A stretch of 63,788 nucleotides of DNA, filler included, from Hausera hauseri (taxonomy: Eukaryota): NCBI GenBank assembly GCA_046269625.1. It is 11 parts of 11 records of this genome, joined end to end, with 100 filler letters (N's around TTAATTAATTAA, not from the genome) between each part and the next. Parts side by side here need not be neighbours in the genome. Positions count along the whole stretch, not along the records: positions 11,765 to 17,765 come from JBJURY010155645.1; positions 17,866 to 23,296 come from JBJURY010256737.1; positions 23,397 to 31,200 come from JBJURY010902979.1; 8 more parts are not named here. One strand, written 5' to 3'. Below, piece after piece: positions 12,430-23,941 of this stretch. A program made the position numbers and the translations under genes. The stretch's first letter is position 1. Each line of letters opens with the position of its first letter. Below the pieces are notes generated by a model. The model made no database searches and was not told the origin of the DNA. It saw only the letters and a program-made list of their open reading frames with translations.

Positions 12430-15400
12430 AACTTTCACACTAACGATAATAATGTTGATTTTCGCGATTTTTTGTGTCGTATGGTCACATGGCGGGAAAG
12501 ATCGTCCCATTGACAGACTAATTCCCCCAGTGCGACAACACTAAACACTACATAAACCCCTCCCGTGGCAGAAAAGACACAATATGAAGCGAAAAAAAAA
12601 TGCTGAAGATATGATGGATGAAAACGATTAGTCGCAAAAGAAACAATATACGGTCTATATTCAGTTTTAGTATGGGTCAGGCCTTGTGTGCCATCAAAGA
12701 GCTTTTCTTTGCTGTACGTACTGAATGTCATTTTGGATACCTTTCACAATGGATTCGTGCTGAGCTGTTCAGTGATATTTTGTGATGGAGATGATAGCGA
12801 AGATAAGTCAAGCAAAAAGGGCGATGCAATTGGAGGTTATGTAAAGTCATTTAGAAAATCGGTAGGAGTGCTAGCTGAGTTTGAGTTGGAGGTATAAATG
12901 GCATTCGAATTGTCATCAATGAAGAAATCAGGTTTTAGATTCGAAATGTGGACGTTATAAGGTTTATCTTGGCGTTAAACTGTAGTTGTGTGAGATGATA
13001 GATTCAGCAGTTTGTACGGGCCAACATATTGAGGTCTAAAACCAGAAGGAGATTGATCTTTTAATTACACAAACTTGGCGGAGTATAAGTCCTTCGGAAT
13101 GTAGGATTTGTTGTTGTTAAAAAGGCGACAGAATGAATCTGAGCCGACCTCGACGAAGTGAGATTGTGCCTCACGAATGTTTTCGTCTGTTGTGTTGTCG
13201 TCGAGATCGGAAAGCTCAAATAAGGCCCGAATTGGAGTCCCGAAGAGTACTTCGGCTGGAGCACAGCAGGTAATGGTCGAAGGTGTGTTGCGCCACCGTA
13301 GTAGAACAAATGGTAAAATGGACGTCCAATTACGATGAGTGTCAGCCAAGATTTTTAAAGAAACTTTCATTATGCGATGGAACCTTTCAAGAAGGCCATT
13401 TGCTTAAGGATGATATGGAGTAGTATGGAAATGGGATATTCCCAAACGCTTGACAAATGATTTAAAAAGTTCTGACTCAAATTGTGGACCTTGATCTGTT
13501 ATTATGTATCGTGGGGAACCAAAGCGACTGATCCAGATTTTAATAAAAACGTCGGCTACTGAATCAGTGTTTGTCAAACGAAGAGAAACGGCTTCAGGCC
13601 AACGAGAAGCACGATCTATCATAGTAAGTATGTGTTGACATCCGTTGTCGGCAGATAAAGGACCAACTAAATCAAGATGAACTGTATGAAAGCGTGATGT
13701 ACAGAGAAAGTGATAAGTGGTGGTTTAAGGTGTTTGCTGATTTTGTATTTATGACAGACTATGCATTCTTTGACCCAATCCTGTACATCTTTGCTTATTG
13801 ATGGCCATACTACATGACGTTGAAGCAGGCGAAAGGTTACTTTCTTACCTGGTTGATGGAGTAGATGCGTATGAACAAAAGCTGGCTTTTGTAAAGGTGG
13901 TGCCAGAATGATCTTTTTATTATTTGTATTATACATATCAAAAGCTATTCCATCAATGATCTCGTAGGATTTGAAAGAACTGAAGAAATCAGCAGATGGT
14001 TGATTGGCCTTTAAGACTTCAGATGAGAAAATCGGCTCAACTGTAATGGATCCAATCGACCTCGATAGAAAATTAGCTACCAAGTTATCTGTGTCTCAGA
14101 TATATTCCAAAGCAAAACAGAACGTAGACAGGTGTGGCATATGTCTCTCTTGCCTCGGTGATGGCTCTTTTAACGATATGATATGCTGCAGAGGTTTATG
14201 GTCAATTTGAATGACGAATAGACGAGAGAGAAGTAAGTGTTTGAAGTGTTTTACTGCCAGAACTATGGCGAGTAACTCACGGTCAAATGTGGAGTAACGG
14301 CTCTCGGGTTGTGTAAGCTTCCTAGAATAAAATGAGGTGCAACAGGAATTTGATGATATGCTTTATGCAAGTCAATTGTGGAGTACGTGTTAGTGTTGGT
14401 AATGCTGTGCAGAATGTCATTTATGACAGGTAGAGGATAAGCATCCATGACTGTTAGATTATTTAACTGCCGATAGTCACTGCATGGTCTGTTAGTGCCA
14501 TCTTTCTTTGTCACAACATGCAAAGGCGAAGCCAATGGTGATTTGTATCGTCGAATACTGCCCGCCATATCGAGTTCGTTGAACTCTGATTCAACTGCTT
14601 TTTGTCTGCGAGGTGACAGTGGTCTGACCCTTTGTCTAATAGGTCTTTGGTGTTCGGTGACTATTAGGTTATAAGTTGTAGAGTGCGTCTTGAAATTGAT
14701 GTCATTCTTAAGAGTATGGGAACAAGAAGTTTTAATGTAGGATTTAAGATCAGAACTCAACGATAAAAATGATGATGGCATATCATTATAAGAGTCAGTT
14801 GCTGTAATTGATGTAGAATGACTAAATGCTTCGTTAACAATATTTGGTTCAGCGAAATGTTTCAAAATTGATTTGTTCCCACTTGACGAGATTGAAAATA
14901 TTGATGAAATGCTAAACGTGTTGTTGCCAACCGATGAACAGGATGTCAAATTGACATTTGAATGATCAGGGAAAAAAAGTGTCCGAATGGTAGTTTAGTC
15001 AGCATTTGGTAGAGTTTGCAATGTAGTTTCTGCGCAAGATAAATTCATGCTTGCAATCGACTAACAAATTGTAATCAGCCAGGTAATCGGAGCCTATTAT
15101 GGGCGATCTGATGTTGGTAATGTGAAAATTCCAGGAAAATTTTCCTGGTAGGTTGGAGAATGTGAAAGTCAGTTTTGTGGTACCTACAATGTTCAAAGGT
15201 TGACCACAGTCAGTGAAGAGTGGAGGAGAGAAAACTGTGTTAGATGTAGGAGCAAAAGTCAAAGAAAGAAGCGAAAAGGCAGCTCCTGAATGAATAAAGA
15301 AGTCTATGTGCCATGTGTCTAAATAACATTTCAGCTTTCAACAGAAAGACTGCAGAGGCGATGTTGAAACGGCCAGTAGTTTGAACGATATTGCCTGTAC

Positions 15401-16785
15401 CATAATGTGCCTTGGAATCTGGTGGCATTATTAATTTATTGACACTTGTTGATAAAAAGAGGAGGAATGGTGAGTGCGCAGAGGCGAAGAAGATGGAGGA
15501 GAACTGGAATTCCTTTTATAATGTTTACATCCTGGCACGCATGACCTAGCCTTGGATTGATACTTTGCGTGATAGATGCAGATTGGATCGTCTACTGCAT
15601 ATCATTCATCGTAAAATAGACAATCTAAAACACATTTCCCTGCGTCTCTGCGGAATTTGTTGTGATAAAAACACGTCATTTTACCATCTTTAGATTTAGA
15701 ACAAGAAGAGTGCCAGGAAAAACTGCGATTTCGTGAAATACGATTTTTTCTTTATCGAGGCAAGGATAAGTTACTGAGTTGGGCTGTGATCGCAGAAATT
15801 GCTTGTTGGAGTGTGTCGAACTGCTTCTGCATCATATACAGTTGTTGTGCAAATAAAGTGTTTTCTGAAGGTGTGTGAGCGGTTGCTGCGGCTACTGGCT
15901 CTAAATTATTAGACTGCAAAATATCAAAACTTTTGTCTGCCAACAATCAAGTTTTTCAAGGGCAGTAGAGTCGTTTACTACATTGAGCAACGCTTGGATA
16001 GAGGTTGGCAATGACGAAAGAAAATACCGACGAAGAAGATCGGCATTGTTTATTGTAGTCACGCCTAAGAGCTCAATTGCGAGATGGCAGTTTTAAGGAA
16101 ATCCGATGGTTTTGATTTCCAATGACGTGTTTTCAACTCTGTAAAATTGGACACAACAGTGTTCATTAAAATATTTATGAATTATGCTGTCGATGGAAGG
16201 GTCGGTGATGTGTAGTACCGACTTATACAGCATATCATACGGGGTTAAAGAAGAGAGTATGTCAGCCAGATTACTGATTTGCTGCTTGATGTTGGCTGGA
16301 AGTAATAGCAGCAAACTGTTAGCCCGCAGAAAGGAATCTGTAATATGATTGGCTTTGAGCCATTGAAAGTGAAACTGTAACCAAGTTCGGCTCGAGTACG
16401 TTTTATCTAGAAAAAAATCTGTACAGGGGAGATTGGGAGATGTTGATGGTGTGGGGTCGACAGGACGATGACCAGACATGATTTTAGTGAAATTTTTGGT
16501 GGAAGGGTCAGGGTCTGATCCACCACGGATTCGAAGATGAAGAGTGAGATACATGATTTTGGAAGAAAATGCAGAAAGATGATCATGGATATGAAATATT
16601 GAGCCGTGATATGATAAATAAAAACCCGAGGTGTAAACCATGAGGGCCAAATGTTTGTGAAGACAAAGTAAAGTCTCTTGATCTGAAACAGTTAGAGTGC
16701 AGAGATTTGTTATTAAGAAAAACGGACAAGGATAAGGGATGCGGCGAAGCGGGGACGGGCACGCTCGCCCCCCCCCCCCAACCAA
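12430..16785 (-). mobile_element. CsRn1-type Ty3/Gypsy element, copy 1 (Ubl-gag, PR, partial RT, RNase H, IN, PPT/LTR start), decayed
   Basis: Gag with two CHCC-type knuckles; PR region PIIGSDYL; RT SPLHVVTKKDGTNRPCSDYRQLN...DLHKAYHQIP; RT core deleted near 14335; IN ITDQGPQFES...TTPYHP; PPT GGGAGGGG before TGTAGT at about 12552. The low-coordinate boundary is approximate. Confidence 0.9.
16519..16722 (-). other. Ubiquitin-like domain fused to Gypsy Gag (copy 1)
   Basis: FFLITNLCTLTVSDQETLLCLHKHLALMVYTSGFYLSYHGSIFHIHDHLSAFSSKIMYLTLHLRIRGG|SDPDP runs without a stop into the Gag capsid region (ORF 16093..16956). Confidence 0.7.
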
Positions 16786-16996
16786 ATCATTTATAAAAGA
16801 TGGAGTACCGAAATATGACTTACCTCTTAATGAGGGTAAACAATTCTGCGAACCATCGACATGTTCGTTCCTTGTAGAGTCGGGAGGTAACACTAATCTA
16901 GATGTGCCAATAGTTGACATGAAAGGTATTAAATTAAATTTCCTATCCTGTACCATGGTGGCAATGTTAAGTCAATTGAATAAAATAACGTAAAAA

Positions 16997-17509
16997 CTAA
17001 TAGGTTTTTTGTCCTCGTGTCATATAATTAGGTGGCAAGGTTCTGGCATCAATGCCATCTTTTGTATGCCATCTTCTCTCACGAATTGTTCCACCACAGG
17101 TACGAATAAGATCTATACACACTTGTCTATGTTTTGTGCAAGGTGATAAGAAAAATTCAATGCCATAAAATAACGGCAATAAATGATGATGTATTCGATT
17201 CCAAGCTCTACGTAACGATGTATCCAAAGAGAACCCAAACTGTTTTTTTCCCTCTTTGTCTTCAAATTTCCAGTATTCTTCATCGACAAACTCATTTTTG
17301 ATTTCGCTCATCTGGAACCATTTCACAGTAACGATGTGACAACCGCGCAAAATACCGTAGTAAAACTTCATCCAAGAATTTTCGTCCACTCTGATGGGAA
17401 TTATCCAACAAATAATTAACTCCTGAACCCGATGGGTCATTTTCTCAAGTCGAATGCTTACATCAGATGGTTCGAGGCATTGATATTTTTGATCGATTTC
17501 TGTTGACAA
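16997..17509 (-). pseudogene. Tandem BRCT fragment, MDC1/PAXIP1(PTIP)-like
   Basis: MKFYYGILRGCHIVTVKWF...EDKEGKKQFGFSLDTSLRRA...PLFYGIEFFLSP...LIRTCGG matches the C-terminal BRCT pair and linker. Confidence 0.7.
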
Positions 17510-17872
17510 TGTTTAAAAAACGCCGAAACATAGACCTTGCAACCATCTAACATTGGCACATGCTATGCTGAGATTTTGAGCTGTATCATACGTCCAGATG
17601 TTTTTTTCAGATCAAAACGGTATTTGATGTTTCCAAATATTCTGGATCGAATGATTTCGATGAAAAATAGAATTCGCCCATTTTGTAACAGTTGTCGGCA
17701 ATCAATTGCAACAGACTAAAAAATTCAGCGGACGTTTCTATTTTCAAATACAGTTCCCATGCATCNNNNNNNNNNNNNNNNNNNNNNNNNNNNNNNNNNN
17801 NNNNNNNNNTTAATTAATTAANNNNNNNNNNNNNNNNNNNNNNNNNNNNNNNNNNNNNNNNNNNNTATAGTA

Positions 17873-18247
17873 ATGGGTTTTGAAAAACAGCGGTTTGAGG
17901 CATCGACGACGGCGGCGGCACATGTTGCAACACTCAAACCCAAACTGAAAACTGGACTATGTCATATGTACATTTACGTGAACGTCACCGGACCGGTTTT
18001 GGTCTGTGGAGTACGTATACCGCTACTCCGCGCAATTTATTCGGAAAGCAACAAGTATACTGCTGGCGACAATGTCACTGTCCAGCTCGTTAACCCAATG
18101 TACCTACCTGTGGCAACTTCGTCTGTTAACAATGTTGAAGTCAATATCCGATGTGATGCGGGCAACCTTATTGAATTTCCTTATGGTACCACAACCAGTC
18201 AAACTCTTTATTTCCGTCGAATCCAACAACAACATGATTGTTTCTGA
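17873..18247 (+). CDS. Polinton/adintovirus minor capsid (penton) protein, C-terminal part
   Basis: MYIYVNVTGPVLVCGVRIPLLRAI...NPMYLPVATSSVNNVEVNIRCDAGNLIEFPYG...TLYFRR. The 5' end is cut by the spacer. Confidence 0.8.
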   Translation: MGFEKQRFEASTTAAAHVATLKPKLKTGLCHMYIYVNVTGPVLVCGVRIPLLRAIYSESNKYTAGDNVTVQLVNPMYLPVATSSVNNVEVNIRCDAGNLIEFPYGTTTSQTLYFRRIQQQHDCF

Positions 18248-18596
18248 AATCGTTTCCATTTGCAGTAACCCTCATCAGGGCGGTGAAATGCCGTATTTCG
18301 TTGGTAAACAGTATGATTCTGGATGGTTGCGTACATTGGCATGTTTCGCATTTCCGGTGTTGAAGCGTATTGGAGCCGTGGCAGCGAAAACAGCACAGGA
18401 TGTAGTATATGAAAACAAATCGATTTTACTATCACTGAAGGAACACGCCTTGTCAGAAATAAAAAGCGGTGCACCGGGAGTCGTTGAATCATTCAAAAAA
18501 CAATTCGCTGGCAGTGGCTTTAGAAAACAAAAACGTGATAGATCAGCTAGCTTTTCAACTATAAACAAACGGCGTCGTTTTGCGATTTCCTATTGA
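18234..18596 (+). CDS. Polinton/adintovirus virion core or membrane-active protein (amphipathic helix, Gly motifs, basic tail)
   Basis: HQGGEMPYFVGKQYDSGWLRTLACFAFPVLKRIGAVAAKTAQDVV...FAGSGFRKQKR...KRRR, lying between penton and hexon. Confidence 0.7.
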   Translation: MIVSEIVSICSNPHQGGEMPYFVGKQYDSGWLRTLACFAFPVLKRIGAVAAKTAQDVVYENKSILLSLKEHALSEIKSGAPGVVESFKKQFAGSGFRKQKRDRSASFSTINKRRRFAISY

Positions 18597-19780
18597 TTGA
18601 TTGATAGACAAATAGCATCTGCAAAATCTGAATTGTGTATATTTGACAAAGGCGCGCCACAAGTTGTTATTGACAATGTAGCATTTGAAGAAATCCACCC
18701 TGTTGATTCGGTTTCAACGGATAGTAACATTGAAATTCAATTTGACATTATGGAGTCGGACAATGGATACCTAGATTTGAACGATACGCTACTCTACGTA
18801 AAAGTCATTGTTGAAAAGGATTCGCCAACGGTTCTCGCTGCAACAGACACTGTCACATCGGCCAATTACCTTTTCCTCACACTGTTTCAGGAGTTTTTAA
18901 TTACTTTAAACAGCGTCAAAATTGAAGACAACACCAATCTATGCAGTATCAAAGCATTCATTGAAACGGCTCTGAATTACAGTGCAGACACGAAAACAAC
19001 TCAATTGACGAAAATTATCGGATATGACGCCACTGCAGTGAACCATCAGGCATGGGTGGTAAAATCAAAGCGTTTACAATGTGTGATCCGCTGTACTTTG
19101 ACTTTTTCGATCAGCCGAAATACCTACTGCTTGGTGTTGAAGCCATGTTTCGGCTCAAACGCAGTGACAGTGTCTATTTTCAAAACCACCGTTGCAAATC
19201 GCAAACCCATACTGAAAATTACTGAGGCACGATTATACGTACGTCTGTGCTCATAAGACATCGATTGGGTTTGGAAACACAAAATACCTGTTACCCATTA
19301 CAACGTACAGAACTCGTCTTTTACACTATACCCAAAGGTTCAACTACGTTTTGCAAAGATGCACTGTTTGGCGACATGCCATTGCCGAAATTTGTGCTCG
19401 TTACATTTCAAACGACTGTTCAACAAACAGGCAGTTATACGACAGATTCGGAAACGTTTGCCCATAGCAATGTGAATTACATCATTTGGGTAGGAATGCG
19501 GATTTCGTTGAGACATACAAGCAGGATTTCGAGGCCGGCGATTATGTTGGCACATATATGCAATGTATCGTGCGCATCATGGGTTTGTTGAACAAAAGTG
19601 TCAACAATGACATATCAATGGATTTATTCAAGTTCACCTATCCATTCTTCACCTTTTTCCTGGCTCCGGTTTATGACATTGAACAGATTCAATTACCTCA
19701 GCAGAGAAACCTGAGGCTGGAGGTTCACTTTGCTAAAGCGTTGGAGCATTCTACCATGATGTACATTTACGGTGTATTTA
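18597..19780 (+). pseudogene. Polinton/adintovirus major capsid protein (hexon, double jelly-roll), frameshifted and internally deleted
   Basis: KSELCIFD...EIHPV...IQFDI...YLDLNDTLLYVKV; AFIETALNYSADTK; LFGDMPLPKFVLVTF; NLRLEVHFAKAL. Confidence 0.85.
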
Positions 19781-19781
19781 T

Positions 19782-19895
19782 TATCAACATCCAATGACTA
19801 TACTGTGTGGACTTTTTACAATAATAATAATAATGATGATGATTTTCAGCGACGTTTTTCACAGACGTATAAACGTCTGATCGTGAAGCTGTTAT
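19782..19895 (+). pseudogene. Remnant of a Polinton adenain-like cysteine protease (catalytic Cys motif)
   Basis: YQHPMTILCGLFTI fits the Q-x5-CG motif and sits directly after the truncated hexon. The match is very short. Confidence 0.45.
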
Positions 19896-20589
19896 AATAT
19901 GAAATTTTCCCAAACTTATGGGCAATGTATGAGACCTATTTCCATCACCGGTAGACTTGAACAGGGGGGAATTTTACCCGACGGAAATTTCCTCAACCGG
20001 TTTTACCCATGTTCTCTTGGTCAGACGACGACGAAACCGTGTCCATTCGACTTGCCAACATCAATTTTACCTCTGTACAAATTTCGGTATACCAGCAACA
20101 TGTGTTGCGTTGCCGGTTGCACATTGCCCGTTTTCTTCTTCCGCCTCCTGTACCGCCGGGTTACATTTTTCGGCTTCGCGGCGCTGTTGCCTTTTGTTTG
20201 CCTTGGTCGACTCGACCGATTGGTCTCGGTCCAAAGTCCATTGTACGACTTTCTTTTGTCCCTGGGGATGTCTCCAACCATCAGACATGAAATGGTCAGA
20301 ATTGCGAGACAGGTGGGGAAAACTGGTTTTTAGGTCGATCTGAGTACTTTTGGGGAAGTGATTAGGGGAGGACACTTCTATCTCTAACTAGTACGCAAAT
20401 TAGGTACAGTATTATTTGAAAGAATATTTAGCTGCCAAAGGGCATAGACATATCTTTTAGCTTATTTACCGTTATGCTAAACAGCTAAACACTAGTTAAA
20501 AATATCGCTCGTGTTCAAAGTTCGCTGTTATGTACACTAACAGCACAGTCTAAACACTTAGTAATTAGTACACAAACGACGATCGTATT

Positions 20590-22900
20590 CATTAGTTATT
20601 TAAGTGTTTTTCAGTGGCATTCATAATTGCTTTCTTTGTATATGAATAGCGTTTACGATGGGACTCAATTACATGAAATGGGTGCTGTTTGTCGTCTTCT
20701 CGTTTTGTAATTGAGGTGTTGAAATCAGTTGCGAGAACTTTGGCACGTTCGAGTGAGCCATTAACTACTTTGAGTGATTCAACAACTTTCTTAACATGTT
20801 TGTGGGCATGAAGCTGTGACCACGGATCTGCAGAAATAGACAGGAACGATGTGTCAAGGCGTCGTACAAGAAATAGGTGCAACGATGTCTGTCCTATGAA
20901 AGAATCTAACGTTTTGTCACTGAGGTATTCTTTGCGGGCATATTTCGCAGGTCTTTCGAAAGACCTATAAACTCGCTCTGAAAATGTGAGACTTGAGACC
21001 ATTTTCCATTTGATATTTGCCAGAACCAGATCTGAGAACTGTGCAAATGGAGCAGCTTCTTGATCTAAATACCGAAGATGTCGTTTGAGAGCGCCGGTTG
21101 CAGCGTCCTTAATAACCTGCTATGTAGCTCTGTAATTGGTTAAATTTTGAATGAGCTGTAGATCATTGACAGGAACATAACATGATGAGGTGCATGACAT
21201 CCAAACCTTGGTGTAAACCAGTACGACGAAAGTACAAACTCCCAGCCATGCTGAACCTTGAAGTCCACAGAGATGAAACTGATCTTTGAATTTGTTCAAT
21301 TTCAAAACATACAAGAGCTTGGACATTCAGTGGAAATGTTGAAATGCCTCTAGTACACGAAACGCAATACTCCGTAGTTGCATCTCTCAAAGGAATACGA
21401 GTGTCAACTCGATCAGTTCTCGGTAATCTTCCCTTGGATAGCACCTCTGTTTCCAGCCAAAATGTCACGATAGAAGGCAACTGTGTCTTGCGTCAGAGGT
21501 GCAAGACTTTCATTTAGACAGTCGTCACTGCATGATTTATATGCTGTCTGATTTATTTTTGGCCAATAATCTTTATGTTTGCAGAACAGAGTTACATTTG
21601 GTTCTAATGTTGGTCCAAATGCTTTCTTGAACACATTATCACGCAGGACATCGAGGGCATGATGCTGACAAGCCAAAAGCAACAGTTCTTTTCCAAGTTT
21701 TTGTTCTAGAAGTACTCACGCTCCATTTAGATGGCTTGTCTTTGCAGCTGTAATATCGAAGGACATGGTGACAATGTCTTGAACTAGATTCCAATAGTAT
21801 ATTGTTTCCATAGCTGCACTGGGTATCTGTTCACCAGTGCCTTGTACTACTTTTGGAATAGCCAGAAGTTTCTCAGTAATCAAACCAGTCACTATGACCG
21901 CTACGTGATCTTCCTTTTCTGGCCCTCTAGTAATAGATGGAAGTAGCTTTCAGTCAAAATGTATTAACATCGGACCGTCACTTACAAATGAAGCTTTAGC
22001 TTCAGCGGCTGCAAACTCACGATGGCGTGTCTACGTATCCTAATGCTGATGACAGACAAGGATATGTATGATGCATTTTGTCCGTAATTCTTGGCTGCTG
22101 CATGGAGGATGAATGATGCATTTTAATTGGTAACACTTTTGCGATCCAGTGCTGCCGCCAGCTCGGGGCTTACTGCTTCCATTGCTGATACTTTTGCACG
22201 TTTTGTCTGTCCGTGCCGTTGAATTTGCGATGATGTATGTTCGAAGTCTAGAATGTAATTGCAATCACTGACGGTGTCTTCACAACCGTGTTCTTTTCTT
22301 CAAAATCATGATCAACGTAGTTGTCCTCTGCAGCTGCTACAACATCTTCTTGCCTATTCTTTTCTTTTATCTATAGCTCAGCCTGTCGTTGCATTCTGGC
22401 TACTCCAGTCTTCTATGGCTTCTAACTGCTTGTCTATTTTCTCTAATATATATTTTCTATATGTTTGTTGATAAATGAAAAATACTTTGCCTTCTACTTT
22501 TATGATGTGCATGGCTTCAGTGTCAGTGATGTGCAGTGTCAAATAGATTATTCATTCCTGTCTCAAAATTTGATTCCCGAGTCATCTGAGCTGAACTACT
22601 ACGATTCTTCTTACAACAGATGTTCCTGTACTTCTCCAGTAGAACTTTCAGCTTACGAATAATGCTTCTTTCCGCATCTATAGGCAGTCAGGCTTTTCTC
22701 ATATTTTGCACACCTATTTAATGGTAAGTGACGTTGAGTCCTTCTTCGACATCTTTTCAGTTTTGTGGTGATTGAAGTAAACTTTTAATACTTCTTGGAT
22801 TGTAGGAAACTTTGTTGCTTAAAACGTCTTTGACACCTCATAGACAAGATGTACGAAATTCTTCGATCTTATTACAGCTAATACAAACCTGTAGATACAC
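20590..22900 (-). mobile_element. hAT-superfamily (hATm-like) DDE transposase pseudogene
   Basis: LHFD*KLLP; LLAIPKVVQGTG; MSFDITA; LLLLACQHH; YRELIEL; MSKLLYVLK; VPVNDL; LKVVNGSLERAKVLATDFNTSITKRE. Confidence 0.75.
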
Positions 22901-23396
22901 AATTGCCCATATTTATTGGAGGATCAAAATTTTCAGATGTATTAAGTTAGCTAGTTCAGTATAGTAAATTGATTTAGTTGTAATCTATAGATTAAATAAT
23001 GCATAATAAAATTAGTTGACGTAATAACATAATATTAGTTATTAAACTGTGTTACACTATTTTGCCTTCCTTATATGTCACTTCAAATAATGGAGTCTAT
23101 TTCTGATAAACAATACTGTACCTTACATTCCAATTTGCTAGCTAGATTTATCCTTGCTATTGTACAAAATCATAAAATTCACTTAATTTCACAAATTTAT
23201 TGCAGATTGCTTATCAAAATGGAAGTCAAATAGTAATAAACTAAGTTAAATATTCTTTGAAAGTTATAAATAAGTAGAGTTTACCTGATAATTTGCNNNN
23301 NNNNNNNNNNNNNNNNNNNNNNNNNNNNNNNNNNNNNNNNTTAATTAATTAANNNNNNNNNNNNNNNNNNNNNNNNNNNNNNNNNNNNNNNNNNNN

Positions 23397-23940
<544 letters not shown>

Positions 23941-23941
23941 A

